From an uncultured Atopobiaceae bacterium (GTDB lineage Bacteria > Actinomycetota > Coriobacteriia > Coriobacteriales > Atopobiaceae), in contig CANQSI010000001.1 of the NCBI GenBank assembly GCA_947626465.1, positions 17,253-81,252 on the forward strand: a stretch of 64,000 nt of DNA, written 5' to 3'. The position numbers and the translations under genes were made by a program. Positions 55,549 through 64,000 of the stretch are shown here, piece by piece. Position 1 is the stretch's first letter. Each line of letters begins with the position of its first letter. Below the pieces are notes generated by a model. It searched no databases. It was not told where the DNA came from and was given only the letters and a program-made list of their open reading frames with translations.

Positions 55549-56367
55549 ATGCCTGAGGCGCAGATCGCCGAAAGAGCGAATGGGCAGTCGCCGTGGACCT
55601 CCGGATTCACTCGAGACCGCTTCATCCTCTCGCAGCTCGTGGGGCGTGACTTCAAGAACAAATACCGCAGAAGCGTACTCGGCGTGGCGTGGAGCGTCCT
55701 CAACCCGCTCCTCATGATGATCGTCATGGCGGCGGTGTTCTCGAATTTCATGCGCGTAGGCGGAGACATCCCGAACTTCCCGCTCTATCTCATCATCGGT
55801 AACGTCACCTTCACGCTGCTCTCGGACAGCTCCTCTGCGGGCATGGCCTCGATCATCGATAACGCCTCGCTTTTGAAGAAGGTGAAGATCAACCGCATCG
55901 TGTTTCCGCTCGAGAAGGTTCTCTTCGCGCTCGTGAACTTCGCCTTTTCGCTCATCGCCGTGGCCATCGTCATGATCTGGTTCCAGATCCCGCTCTCCTG
56001 GAACATCTTCTTCGTGCCGCTCTTCCTCATCTACCTCGTGGGATTCTGCGCGGGGCTCTCGATGGCCCTCTCGGCACTCTCCGTCTTCTTCAGGGACGTG
56101 ATGCATCTCTGGAGCGTCGTGCTCATCGCATGGACCTATCTCACGCCCATCTTCTACTCCATCACGATCCTGCCCGAGTTCATGCAGCGGCTGATCGCGT
56201 ACAACCCCATGTACCACTACATCACGTACCTCCGCGAGATACTGCTCTACCAGCAGACGCCCTCCGTCGAGCAGAATCTCATCTGCCTCGCCTGCTCGGC
56301 GATCGTCTTCGCCGTGGGCTGGCTCATCTTCAAGTCGAGCGAGCGGAAGTTCATCCTCTACATCTAG
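55549..56367 (+). CDS. ABC-2 type transporter permease (Wzm/TagG-like polysaccharide or teichoic-acid exporter)
   Basis: ATG at 55549 after GGGGGAGG, 272 aa with six hydrophobic segments. The N-terminal LVGRDFKNKYRRSVLGVAWSVLNPLLMM is the ABC-2 family signature region. Confidence 0.85.
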   Translation: MPEAQIAERANGQSPWTSGFTRDRFILSQLVGRDFKNKYRRSVLGVAWSVLNPLLMMIVMAAVFSNFMRVGGDIPNFPLYLIIGNVTFTLLSDSSSAGMASIIDNASLLKKVKINRIVFPLEKVLFALVNFAFSLIAVAIVMIWFQIPLSWNIFFVPLFLIYLVGFCAGLSMALSALSVFFRDVMHLWSVVLIAWTYLTPIFYSITILPEFMQRLIAYNPMYHYITYLREILLYQQTPSVEQNLICLACSAIVFAVGWLIFKSSERKFILYI

Positions 56368-56394
56368 TCTCGAGAAGGGAAGCGGCAAGCCACC

Positions 56395-57216
56395 GTGCCG
56401 GAAGCAGAACCCACACAGATTCGCGGTGCCGAGGAGAACCTCGCCGAGCAGATCGCAAAGGTCGATTTCTCGAAGCGGGATGTCTCCATCGACGTGCGCA
56501 ACGTGTCCATGGTCTTCAACATGGCCTCCGAGCGGCTGAATTCCCTCAAGGAGTACTTCATCTCCCTTGCGCGCGGGAAGCTCTACTTCAAGGAATTCCG
56601 CGCGCTCGTGGACGTGTCGTTCCAGGTGCGCAAGGGCGAGGCCTTCGGGCTCGTGGGCACCAACGGCTCGGGCAAGTCCACCATGCTGAAGATCATCGCC
56701 GGGGTGCTCGATCCCACGAGGGGATCGGTGGACGTGCGCGGCTCGATCGCGCCGCTCATCGAGCTCGGGGCGGGCTTCGACGTCGAGCTCACCGCGCGCG
56801 AGAACATCTACCTGAACGGCGCGCTCCTCGGCTACGCGAAGGAATTCATCGACAAGCATTTCAACGACATCGTGGCGTTCGCCGAGCTCGAGGACTTCCT
56901 CGACATGCCGCTCAAGAACTATTCGAGCGGCATGGTGGCGCGCATCGCCTTCGCCATCGCCACCATCACCGAACCCGACATCCTCATCGTGGACGAGACG
57001 CTCTCCGTCGGCGACTTCCTCTTCCAGCAGAAGTGCGAGGAGCGAATTCGCCAGCTCGTGGAATCGGGGGAGGTCACGGTCCTGCTCGTGAGCCACTCGG
57101 TGGATCTCGTGAGGCGGATGTGCGATCGCGCCTGCTGGATCGAGAAGGGGCGCCAATTCATGCTCGGCCCCGCAGACGAGGTGTGCGACGCCTACCAATC
57201 GATGGGGGAGATCTGA
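56395..57216 (+). CDS. ABC transporter ATP-binding protein (Wzt/TagH-like, short form)
   Basis: 273 aa with a GTG start. Walker A is GTNGSGKSTMLK, the signature is YSSGMVARIAFA, and Walker B is ILIVDETLSVGD. There is no C-terminal carbohydrate-binding domain. Confidence 0.88.
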   Translation: MPEAEPTQIRGAEENLAEQIAKVDFSKRDVSIDVRNVSMVFNMASERLNSLKEYFISLARGKLYFKEFRALVDVSFQVRKGEAFGLVGTNGSGKSTMLKIIAGVLDPTRGSVDVRGSIAPLIELGAGFDVELTARENIYLNGALLGYAKEFIDKHFNDIVAFAELEDFLDMPLKNYSSGMVARIAFAIATITEPDILIVDETLSVGDFLFQQKCEERIRQLVESGEVTVLLVSHSVDLVRRMCDRACWIEKGRQFMLGPADEVCDAYQSMGEI

Positions 57217-58328
57217 TGCCCGGGGGATTCGACATCGACGTCTCGGTGGTGGTGCCGTCCTACAACGTGGAGGCCTACCTCGAGGAGGCCCTCGCGGCGG
57301 CGCGCAAGAACAATCGCATTGCGCTCGAGATCCTCGTGGTCGACGACGGCTCGCGCGACGCCACCGCCGAGATCGCCGCCGCCGAGGCGGCGCTCGATCC
57401 CCGAATCCAGGTGATCGCCAAGGAAAACGGCGGCTATGGCCAGGCGGTGAACCTCGGCTTTTCGAAGGCGCGCGGGCGCTATGTGGCGATCCTCGAGCCA
57501 GACGACTATCCCGCGGCCCACATGTACGACGACCTCTTCGAGGTTGCCGAGCGCTTCGAGTTCCCCGATGTGGTGAAGTCCTCCTATTGGCGCCTCGTAC
57601 GAGGCGAGGATGGTTCGGAGCGACGCTGGCACAACGACTACTACCAGGCCATACGCCCGAAGGTGCAGCCCTTCACGCTGAAGGACGAGCCGTGGCTCAT
57701 CCGCTACCACCCCTCCATCTGGAGCGCGCTCTATCGGCGGGCGTTTCTCGAGGAGCGAGGGATACGCTTCAAGGAAGTGCCCGGTGCAGGCTGGGTGGAT
57801 AACCCGTTCATGGTGGAAACGCTCGCCCAGGCCTCGTCCATCGTCTACACCGACGAGCCCTACTACCACTACCGCGAGGACCTCCCCGGATCGTCGTCGG
57901 TGACGCTTCCTTGGGAAACGCAATTCGAGCGGTGGATCGACATGATGGATGTGCTCGATCGCTTCGGCGAGGACGATCCGCACATTCGCGAGGCGCTCTA
58001 CGTGGTGGGGTTTCGCTACGTGGAGAAGGCGCTCGCCGCCTATCCCGATGATGGGGAAGTCCGCGAGGGCGCGCAGCGCATCGTGGCGAGGATGGACCCA
58101 GAGATCATCAAGGGGCTCGATCGCGTATCGCCTACGCTTCGCACGCTCGCCTTCGAACTCCGCGGAGAAGAGGTGCCGAAGTTCGATTCGCTCGCCTATG
58201 CACGCTCGCTCGTGGAAGCGGGCATGCACTCGCTCTCCATCAACGGATTGGGCTTCACCGCGGGCTATCTCGGAAAGTATGCGGCAGCGCTGAAGGACCG
58301 GCTGAGGCTTTCCAAGGAACATTCGTAG
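57216..58328 (+). CDS. Family-2 glycosyltransferase (soluble type)
   Basis: The ATG at 57216 overlaps the ATPase stop (TGATG), 370 aa. Motifs are VSVVVPSYNVEAYLEEAL, VVDDGSRD and LEPDDY. Confidence 0.82.
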   Translation: MPGGFDIDVSVVVPSYNVEAYLEEALAAARKNNRIALEILVVDDGSRDATAEIAAAEAALDPRIQVIAKENGGYGQAVNLGFSKARGRYVAILEPDDYPAAHMYDDLFEVAERFEFPDVVKSSYWRLVRGEDGSERRWHNDYYQAIRPKVQPFTLKDEPWLIRYHPSIWSALYRRAFLEERGIRFKEVPGAGWVDNPFMVETLAQASSIVYTDEPYYHYREDLPGSSSVTLPWETQFERWIDMMDVLDRFGEDDPHIREALYVVGFRYVEKALAAYPDDGEVREGAQRIVARMDPEIIKGLDRVSPTLRTLAFELRGEEVPKFDSLAYARSLVEAGMHSLSINGLGFTAGYLGKYAAALKDRLRLSKEHS

Positions 58329-58344
58329 CGCGCGCCAACGCCAC

Positions 58345-58373
58345 CCGACACGCGCTGCCTGCCATGCTAGAGT
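58345..58373 (+). promoter_or_regulatory. Candidate promoter of the pyr operon
   Basis: CCGACA - 17 nt - TGcTAGAGT (extended -10), about 140 nt upstream of the pyrR ATG. Confidence 0.4.
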
Positions 58374-58383
58374 GTGCGAAGAC

Positions 58384-58493
58384 CTTTAAGCGCGGTACGA
58401 GATGCCCGCAAGGCCGAATGCAGCCGAAACGCACACGCCAAGCCTTCTCGCAGGAGACGACCGCGCCTAATCGATGGTGTGGCCGTCTTTTTT
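58384..58493 (+). promoter_or_regulatory. PyrR-type transcription attenuator: PyrR-binding-loop-like motif plus leader terminator
   Basis: CUUUAAGCGCGGUACGAGAUGCCCGCAAGGCC (58384-58415) resembles the PyrR binding-loop consensus (UUUAA..CCAGAGAGGCU.GCAAGG). Downstream, the hairpin AGACGACC.../...GGCCGTCT (58455-58488) runs into a T tract (T88-T93), just before the pyrR RBS. Confidence 0.5.
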
Positions 58494-58512
58494 CGTGGAG
58501 GTAGGTGAGGCT

Positions 58513-59088
58513 ATGAACGCGCTTGGGCCCAAAGCCCAGATCATGGACGAGAAGGATATGCGGCGCACGATCACGCGCATCGCCCATGAGATCGTCGAGG
58601 CCAACGGTGGCGCGCAGACGATCGCCATGGTGGGGATCGTGCGGCGAGGCGCCGATCTCGCGGGGCTCATCGCCAATGAGCTCGAGGTGATCGAAGGGCG
58701 AAGGCCACAGGTGGGCACGCTCGACATCTCCTTCTATCGAGATGACGTGATGCGCGCCATCCAACCGGTGCTCCATGCCACGAACATCCCGTTCTCGGTG
58801 GATGGCAAGGACATCATCCTCGTCGACGACGTCCTCTACACCGGGCGCACGGTGCGTGGCGCCCTCGACGCCATCATGGATTTCGGCCGCCCCTCCACCG
58901 TGCAGCTGGCGGTGATGGTGGATCGCGGGCACCGCGAGCTTCCCATTCGCGCGGATTACGTGGGCAAGAACGTGCCCTCGGCCACCGACGAGGACGTGCG
59001 CGTGCTCTTGCCCGCCACCGATGGGGAGATGGCCGTGGAGATCTGGGATGTGGAGAAGCCCACGAGCGCCGCGGGAAAGGAGAGCTAA
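58513..59088 (+). CDS. pyrR: Bifunctional pyr operon regulator / uracil phosphoribosyltransferase PyrR
   Basis: ATG at 58513 after GGAGGTAGGTGAGG, 191 aa. Contains MDEKDMRRTITRIAHEIVE and the PRPP-binding motif IILVDDVLYTGRTVRGAL. Confidence 0.92.
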   Translation: MNALGPKAQIMDEKDMRRTITRIAHEIVEANGGAQTIAMVGIVRRGADLAGLIANELEVIEGRRPQVGTLDISFYRDDVMRAIQPVLHATNIPFSVDGKDIILVDDVLYTGRTVRGALDAIMDFGRPSTVQLAVMVDRGHRELPIRADYVGKNVPSATDEDVRVLLPATDGEMAVEIWDVEKPTSAAGKES

Positions 59089-60021
59089 ATGGCGCTATCC
59101 GTGAAGCACCTGCTCGACACGACGAGCCTCACCGCCGACGACATCACGCAGATCCTGGACACGGGCCGCTCATTCGCCGAGGTGAATAGCAGGGCGATCA
59201 AGAAGGTTCCCGCATTGCGGGGTCGCACGATCGTGAACCTCTTCCTCGAGCCCTCCACGCGCACGCGCTCCTCCTTCGAGCTCGCCGAGAAGCGCCTCTC
59301 GGCCGACTCGCTCAACATGGGCGGCTCCACTTCGAGCGTGGTGAAGGGCGAAAGCCTCGCCGACACCATCCAAACGATCAGCGCGATGAACGTCGACATG
59401 TTCGTGTGCCGCGCCTCGCTTGCGGGAACCCCCCACCTCATCACGGAGAATACCGACGCTGTGGTGATCAACGCAGGCGACGGCAAGCACCAGCACCCCA
59501 CGCAGGCGATGCTCGACCTCTACACCATCCGCGAGCACTTCGGCCACCTCGATGGGCTCAAGGTAGCCATCATCGGCGACCTCTCGCATAGCCGTGTGGC
59601 GGGCTCGCTCGTTCCCGCGCTCAAGACCATGGGCGCCACGCCCGTGCTCGTGGGGCCACCCACCTTCCAGGTGGCCGATCCCACCTATTGGGGAGTGGAG
59701 CAGACCGCCGATCTCGATGCGGTGATCCCCGAGGTGGACGTCGTATACCTGCTGCGCGTGCAACTCGAGCGCATGGGCGGGGCGGCGATTCCCTCGAAGC
59801 GCGAGTACAACCGCCTCTTCGGCGTCGATGAGCGCAGGAGGCTCCTCATGCGCCCGGGCTCCATCATCTGCCACCCCGGCCCCATGAACCGGGGCATGGA
59901 GATCATGCACGAGGTTGCCGATTCCCCGGAAGCGAAGGTGCTGGACCAAGTGAGCGCGGGAGTGGCCACGCGTATGGCCGAGATGTATCTCCTGCTTGGA
60001 GGTGAAAGCGATGCTCATTAG
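59089..60021 (+). CDS. pyrB: Aspartate carbamoyltransferase catalytic subunit
   Basis: 310 aa with motifs EPSTRTRSSFE, HQHPTQAMLD, HPGPMNRG and LDQV..GVA.R. Confidence 0.94.
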   Translation: MALSVKHLLDTTSLTADDITQILDTGRSFAEVNSRAIKKVPALRGRTIVNLFLEPSTRTRSSFELAEKRLSADSLNMGGSTSSVVKGESLADTIQTISAMNVDMFVCRASLAGTPHLITENTDAVVINAGDGKHQHPTQAMLDLYTIREHFGHLDGLKVAIIGDLSHSRVAGSLVPALKTMGATPVLVGPPTFQVADPTYWGVEQTADLDAVIPEVDVVYLLRVQLERMGGAAIPSKREYNRLFGVDERRRLLMRPGSIICHPGPMNRGMEIMHEVADSPEAKVLDQVSAGVATRMAEMYLLLGGESDAH

Positions 60022-61294
60022 CCATGTGCGTGCCATCGATCCCGCAATCGGGCTCGATGAGGTGCTCGACGTGCGCCTGGACGGGAAGCGCATCGCGGAG
60101 GTGGGTTCGAACCTTTCCGCAGGCGACGACGAGGTGCTCGACGGAGGCGGGAAGATCCTCGTTCCCGGCCTCGTGGACATGCACGTGCACTTCCGCGAGC
60201 CGGGCTTCGAGTACAAGGAAGACATCGCCTCCGGCGTGCGTGCCGCCGCGAAGGGCGGTTTTACCGACGTGGCCACCATGCCCAACACCGACCCCGTCAC
60301 CGATACCGGCACCTCCGTTCGCTATCAGATCGATCGCGGCATCGAGGAGAAGAAGACCCGCGTTCGCCCGATTGGCGCCCTCACGCGCGGGGAGAAGGGC
60401 GAAGCGCTCGCGGAAATCGGCGACATGACCGAAGCCGGGGCGGTGGGCTTTTCCGATGACGGCCACGGTGTGCAGAGTGCCGGCATGATGCGTACGTGCA
60501 TGGCCTACGTCTCCCAGTTCAACCGCGTGGTGATCGCGCACTCAGAGGTGGAATCGCTCACGGCAAACGGCGTCATCAACGAGGGGCGCGCCTCCACGCG
60601 CCTCGGCATGTTCGGCTGGCCGGCCCTCGGCGAGGAGCTCGAGATCATGCGCGACATCGAGCTCTGCAGGCTCACCGGATGCCCGCTCCACGTGGCGCAC
60701 ATCTCCACCGCGCGTTCCCTCGAGCTCGTGCGCGCGGCGAAAGCGGACGGTCTGCCCGTGACCTGCGAGGTCACCCCGCATCACCTCTTCCTCACCGAAG
60801 AGGACATCACCGACGCCTACCAGACGAACCTCAAAATGAACCCTCCGCTGCGCACGCCCGATGACGCCGTGGCGCTCATCGAGGGCCTCGTGGACGGCTC
60901 GATCGATTGCGTGGTCACCGACCACGCCCCCCATGCGAAGCACGAGAAGGATTGCGAGTTCGAGATCGCGGCATTCGGCACGATCGGGCTCGAGACATCG
61001 CTTCCGCTCATGCTCACGAACCTCGTGGGGCCGGGACGCCTCTCATGGAAGAGGCTCGTGGAGGCCATGGCGATCACCCCGCGGCGAATCCTGCGCCTCG
61101 AGCCCGTGCGCATCGAGGCGGGGCAGAAGGCGGACCTCACGCTCATCGATCCCGAGGCCGAAGTGGTCGTCGACAGGAAGTTCCTCGAGAGCAAGTCGAC
61201 GAACTCCGCGTTCCTCGGTGCGCACCTCACCGGTCGCGCCACGGAGCTCTTCGTCTCAGGCCGACACGTGCTCAAGGCGGGGGAGGTGGCCTAG
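60011..61294 (+). CDS. pyrC: Dihydroorotase
   Basis: ATG at 60011 after GGAGGTGAAAG, overlapping pyrB by 11 nt, 427 aa. Motifs are PGLVDMHVHFREPG, DGHGVQ and VTDHAPH. Confidence 0.92.
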   Translation: MLISHVRAIDPAIGLDEVLDVRLDGKRIAEVGSNLSAGDDEVLDGGGKILVPGLVDMHVHFREPGFEYKEDIASGVRAAAKGGFTDVATMPNTDPVTDTGTSVRYQIDRGIEEKKTRVRPIGALTRGEKGEALAEIGDMTEAGAVGFSDDGHGVQSAGMMRTCMAYVSQFNRVVIAHSEVESLTANGVINEGRASTRLGMFGWPALGEELEIMRDIELCRLTGCPLHVAHISTARSLELVRAAKADGLPVTCEVTPHHLFLTEEDITDAYQTNLKMNPPLRTPDDAVALIEGLVDGSIDCVVTDHAPHAKHEKDCEFEIAAFGTIGLETSLPLMLTNLVGPGRLSWKRLVEAMAITPRRILRLEPVRIEAGQKADLTLIDPEAEVVVDRKFLESKSTNSAFLGAHLTGRATELFVSGRHVLKAGEVA

Positions 61295-62095
61295 ATGGGA
61301 GCACCGACGCCGAGCGCCGGGCGTCTCGCGAACGCCCTCGTGCGGGAAAACGAGCTCGTCTCCGGCGAGATTTACCGGATCCTCCTCGAGGCCCCCGAAC
61401 TTGCGCAAGCGCTCCACGAGGGGCAGTTCGTGAACGTCTCCGTGGGGGGCGAGGCCAAGCAGCTCACGCGCATTCCGCTTTCCTTTACCCAGGTAGACGA
61501 GCAGGAAGGCACGGTCGAGCTCGTCTATGCCCTCATCGGCCCCGGCACGAGGCAGCTTTCGCGCGTGGAGAAGGGCGAAACGCTCAGCGTGCTCGGTCCG
61601 CTCGGCAACGGCTGGAACCTCAGCGCCCCGCTGCATCGCGTCCTTCTCGTCTCCGGAGGCACGGGCACGGCCCCCATCATCGCGGCGGCAATGGCGCTTG
61701 CGAAGATGGGCGTGGATGCCGATGTGGTGGTGGGCGCGCGTTCGAGCGATCTCCTCTGGGGCATCGACGCCCTCGAGGCGAAGGTGCAAGGAGAGGTGAT
61801 CGCTGCCACCGACGATGGCAGCGCGGGAGAGAAGGGCTTCGCGAGCGAACCCGCGCTCGCGCTCCTCGCCAAGCACGACTACGATCTCGTGCTCGTGTGC
61901 GGCCCCGAGCCGCTCATGAAGGTGGTGTCGGCGAAGGCCATCTCCCTCGGCATTGCCTGCCAAGTGTCGCTTGAGCGCACGATGGCGTGCGGCTTCGGCG
62001 CGTGCTCGACCTGTGCGGTGAAGACCGTGCACGCAATGAAGGGTGCCTGCATGGACGGCCCCGTCTTCGATGCTTCGGAGGTGATCTTCCCATGA
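61295..62095 (+). CDS. pyrK: Dihydroorotate dehydrogenase (class 1B) electron-transfer subunit
   Basis: 266 aa with an FAD/NAD-binding fold (RIPLSF, GPLGNGW, GGTGTAP). The C-terminal 2Fe-2S cluster motif is MACGFGACSTCAV...CMDGPVF. Confidence 0.9.
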   Translation: MGAPTPSAGRLANALVRENELVSGEIYRILLEAPELAQALHEGQFVNVSVGGEAKQLTRIPLSFTQVDEQEGTVELVYALIGPGTRQLSRVEKGETLSVLGPLGNGWNLSAPLHRVLLVSGGTGTAPIIAAAMALAKMGVDADVVVGARSSDLLWGIDALEAKVQGEVIAATDDGSAGEKGFASEPALALLAKHDYDLVLVCGPEPLMKVVSAKAISLGIACQVSLERTMACGFGACSTCAVKTVHAMKGACMDGPVFDASEVIFP

Positions 62096-63012
62096 GCGCC
62101 TCTCTCGCCGTGAACCTCGGCGGAATCCAGATGAAGAACCCGCTCAACACGGCTTCGGGAACGTTTGGGTTCGGCTGGCAGTTCGAGGGGTTCTATGACG
62201 TTTCCTGCCTCGGCGCCATCACCACAAAGGGGTGCGCGAAGGAGGCGTGGCCGGGAAACGACCAGCCGCGCATGGCCGATGTCTATGGCGGCATGATCAA
62301 TTCCGTGGGGCTCCAGAACCCCGGCGTCCGGGGCCTCGTGGAGCAATGCGGGAGCTACCTCGCGGAGCTTAGGGAGCGCGACTGCCAGGTGATCTGCCAG
62401 GTGGCGGGGCACTCCATCGACGACTACGTGGCCGCGGTCGAGCTCTTCGAGGAGCTCGCGCCCTTCGCCTCCGGCCTCGAGATCAACATCTCCTGCCCCA
62501 ACATCGCCTGCGGCGGCATCGCCATGGGCTCCACGCCAGAGGGCGCTGCGGAAGTCATTCGCGCGGTGCGCCCGCGGACGAAGCGACCGCTCCTCGTGAA
62601 GATGGCCCCCGCGCGCGTGCCCGAGATCGCGAAGGCCCTCGAGGCTGAGGGAGCCGACGCGCTCACGCTCATCAATTCCATCCCCGGTATGGCGATCGAT
62701 GTCCGCACGCGGCGCTCGAAGCTCTCGAAGCCCACGGGAGGGCTCTCGGGCCCGCTTTGCCACGCGATTGCCGTGCGCATGGTCTGGGAGGCCTCACAGG
62801 CAGTCTCGATCCCCATCTGCGGCGTGGGCGGGGTCACGAGCGGCGAGGACGTTGCCGAGTTCATCCTCGCGGGGGCCACGGCCGTTTCCATCGGCTCGCA
62901 AAACCTCTTCGAGCCCGACTGCGCGCCGAGGATCCTCGCCGAGCTCGAGGCGTGGGTGGCAGAGCAAGGCGTACGCGACATCAACGATCTAAGGGGAGCA
63001 CTCGAATGCTGA
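62092..63012 (+). CDS. pyrD: Dihydroorotate dehydrogenase (class 1B) catalytic subunit
   Basis: The ATG at 62092 overlaps the pyrK stop (ATGA), 306 aa. Motifs are MKNPLNTASGTFGFG, NSVGLQNPG, EINISCPN and GGLSGP. Confidence 0.93.
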   Translation: MSASLAVNLGGIQMKNPLNTASGTFGFGWQFEGFYDVSCLGAITTKGCAKEAWPGNDQPRMADVYGGMINSVGLQNPGVRGLVEQCGSYLAELRERDCQVICQVAGHSIDDYVAAVELFEELAPFASGLEINISCPNIACGGIAMGSTPEGAAEVIRAVRPRTKRPLLVKMAPARVPEIAKALEAEGADALTLINSIPGMAIDVRTRRSKLSKPTGGLSGPLCHAIAVRMVWEASQAVSIPICGVGGVTSGEDVAEFILAGATAVSIGSQNLFEPDCAPRILAELEAWVAEQGVRDINDLRGALEC

Positions 63013-63725
63013 GCACGTACGAAGCAGCTGATGCGATCATCCTCGCGCTCGATTGCACGAGGGAACGCGCGCTGGAGGTGGTGGCGGAGCTCGAGGGGCG
63101 TCTTGCATGGGCGAAGGTCGGCATGACGCTCTACTACCAGGAGGGCCCGAGCATCGTGGCGGCCCTGAAGGAACGCGGACTCAAGGTGTTCCTCGATCTC
63201 AAGCTCTTCGACATCCCCTTCCAGGTGGGGGGAGCGGCATGGGCGGCGGCCAAGAGCGGAGCGGACCTCATCTCCCTCCACGCGCTCGGCGGGCGGGAGA
63301 TGATCTCCAAGGCAGTCGAGGGTGTGGCATCCCTCGAGGCGGAGGATCCCGCGAAGCTCATCGCGATCACCGTGCTCACGTCGATGAACCACGAGACCCT
63401 CTCCTCCATAGGCATCACGAGCACCATGGCGCACGAGGTGGAACGCCTCGCGAAGCTTGCGATCGCGAGCGGGGCGAATGGCCTCGTGTGCTCGCCCGAG
63501 GAGGTGGGGCGCTTGCGTGCGCTGCTCGGGCCGGATGCGCTCCTCATCTGTCCCGGCGTTCGCCCCGCGGGTGCGGACAAGGGAGACCAGAAACGCACGG
63601 CCACGCCCTCCGAGGCGCTTGCGAGGGGCGCATCGAAGCTCGTGATAGGGAGGCCGATCATGGCTGCTCCCGACCCCCGCGAAGCCTTCGACGCCATCGT
63701 GAAGGAGATCTGCGACGCCAGCTAG
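63006..63725 (+). CDS. pyrF: Orotidine 5'-phosphate decarboxylase
   Basis: ATG at 63006 overlaps the pyrD end, 239 aa. Motifs are IILALDC, FLDLKLFDIP, PGVRP and LVIGRPI. Confidence 0.92.
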   Translation: MLSTYEAADAIILALDCTRERALEVVAELEGRLAWAKVGMTLYYQEGPSIVAALKERGLKVFLDLKLFDIPFQVGGAAWAAAKSGADLISLHALGGREMISKAVEGVASLEAEDPAKLIAITVLTSMNHETLSSIGITSTMAHEVERLAKLAIASGANGLVCSPEEVGRLRALLGPDALLICPGVRPAGADKGDQKRTATPSEALARGASKLVIGRPIMAAPDPREAFDAIVKEICDAS

Positions 63726-63748
63726 GCGCTACGCTCGAAAGGCGTGGC

Positions 63749-63788
63749 CCACGAACCCACGAACCCACGAACCTACGAACCCAAGAAG
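63749..63788 (+). repeat. Tandem 8-nt repeat (CACGAACC x3, TACGAACC, degenerate CAAGAAGG) in the pyrF-pyrE spacer
   Basis: Read directly from the sequence: CACGAACC CACGAACC CACGAACC TACGAACC CAAGAAGG. The last unit merges into the pyrE Shine-Dalgarno (GAAGGAG, 63784-63790). Confidence 0.9.
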
Positions 63789-63796
63789 GAGATGCC

Positions 63797-64000
63797 ATGG
63801 CCCTCACCGATGCCGACATCCTCGCCATACTCGAAGAGACGGGCGCCCTGCGCACCGGCCACTTCACGCTCACCAGCGGACGGCATTCCAATCGCTACGT
63901 GCAATGCGCCCAGCTCATGAGGAGCCCCAAGACCACCCTCATGCTCGCGGAAGAATCCGTTTCGCGCCTGCCCGAAGACGTGCGCGACGCCGCCACGCTC
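63797..64000 (+). CDS. pyrE: Orotate phosphoribosyltransferase (N-terminal part; 3' end beyond the window)
   Basis: ATG at 63797 after GAAGGAG. MALTDADILAILEETGALRTGHFTLTSGRHSNRYVQC is the typical PyrE N-terminus. The frame is open to the window edge. Confidence 0.88.
   Translation, partial: MALTDADILAILEETGALRTGHFTLTSGRHSNRYVQCAQLMRSPKTTLMLAEESVSRLPEDVRDAATL

Noticed and set aside
55296-58328. A possible genomic island integrated at tRNA-Asn, covering the ABC exporter and GT2.
   Set aside because: There is no integrase, recombinase or mobility gene. I found no direct repeat of the tRNA 3' end. The tRNA 3' end also faces rpoD rather than the exporter genes, so the geometry is wrong for classical tRNA-targeted integration.
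63749-63788. Whether the short direct repeats could be a CRISPR array or a miniature mobile-element end.
   Set aside because: The units are 8 nt, contiguous and without spacers. There are no cas genes or inverted repeats nearby. It is a simple tandem repeat in a 5' leader.

Overview
High-GC window with strong GC3 codon bias and gene order resembling Firmicutes. This fits an Actinomycetota chromosome, probably Coriobacteriia-like, but that is inference, not a database hit. The window is almost fully coding, and I call 53 protein genes plus one tRNA. Most of it is core housekeeping in three long co-directional blocks. Block 1 (1-13.3 kb) is yloV-recG-rsmD-coaD-X-yceD-rpmF-plsX-acpP-rnc-smc-ftsY-ffh. 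Block 2 (31.6-41.6 kb) is ileS-lspA-rluD-GT2-guaB-leuS. Block 3 (43.1-55.3 kb) is rimP-nusA-infB-rbfA-nrnA-truB-ribF-dnaG-rpoD, followed by tRNA-Asn, a polysaccharide-type ABC exporter with a glycosyltransferase, and a pyrR-pyrB-pyrC-pyrK-pyrD-pyrF-pyrE operon. A mixed-strand, more accessory stretch lies between blocks 1 and 2 (13.3-31.4 kb). It holds an L,D-transpeptidase, ftsH, an FTCD_C cyclohydrolase-folD-nitroreductase unit, azlCD, fucO, a GadC-like antiporter with a long tail, pepC, a NodB deacetylase, a C45/phospholipase-B-like Ntn hydrolase and two proteins I cannot place. I found no rRNA, CRISPR array, transposase, integrase or recognisable defence or toxin genes. No clearly novel multi-gene system is demonstrable from sequence alone. 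The best candidates for something undescribed are the uncharacterised two-gene operon at 29462-31378, a structured ileS leader with mutually exclusive helices, a kinase-less zinc-ribbon/PASTA protein, unusual appendages on NusA, RpoD and the GadC-like permease, and an 8-nt tandem repeat in the pyrE leader. The many very long antisense ORFs in the track are treated as GC-bias artefacts.
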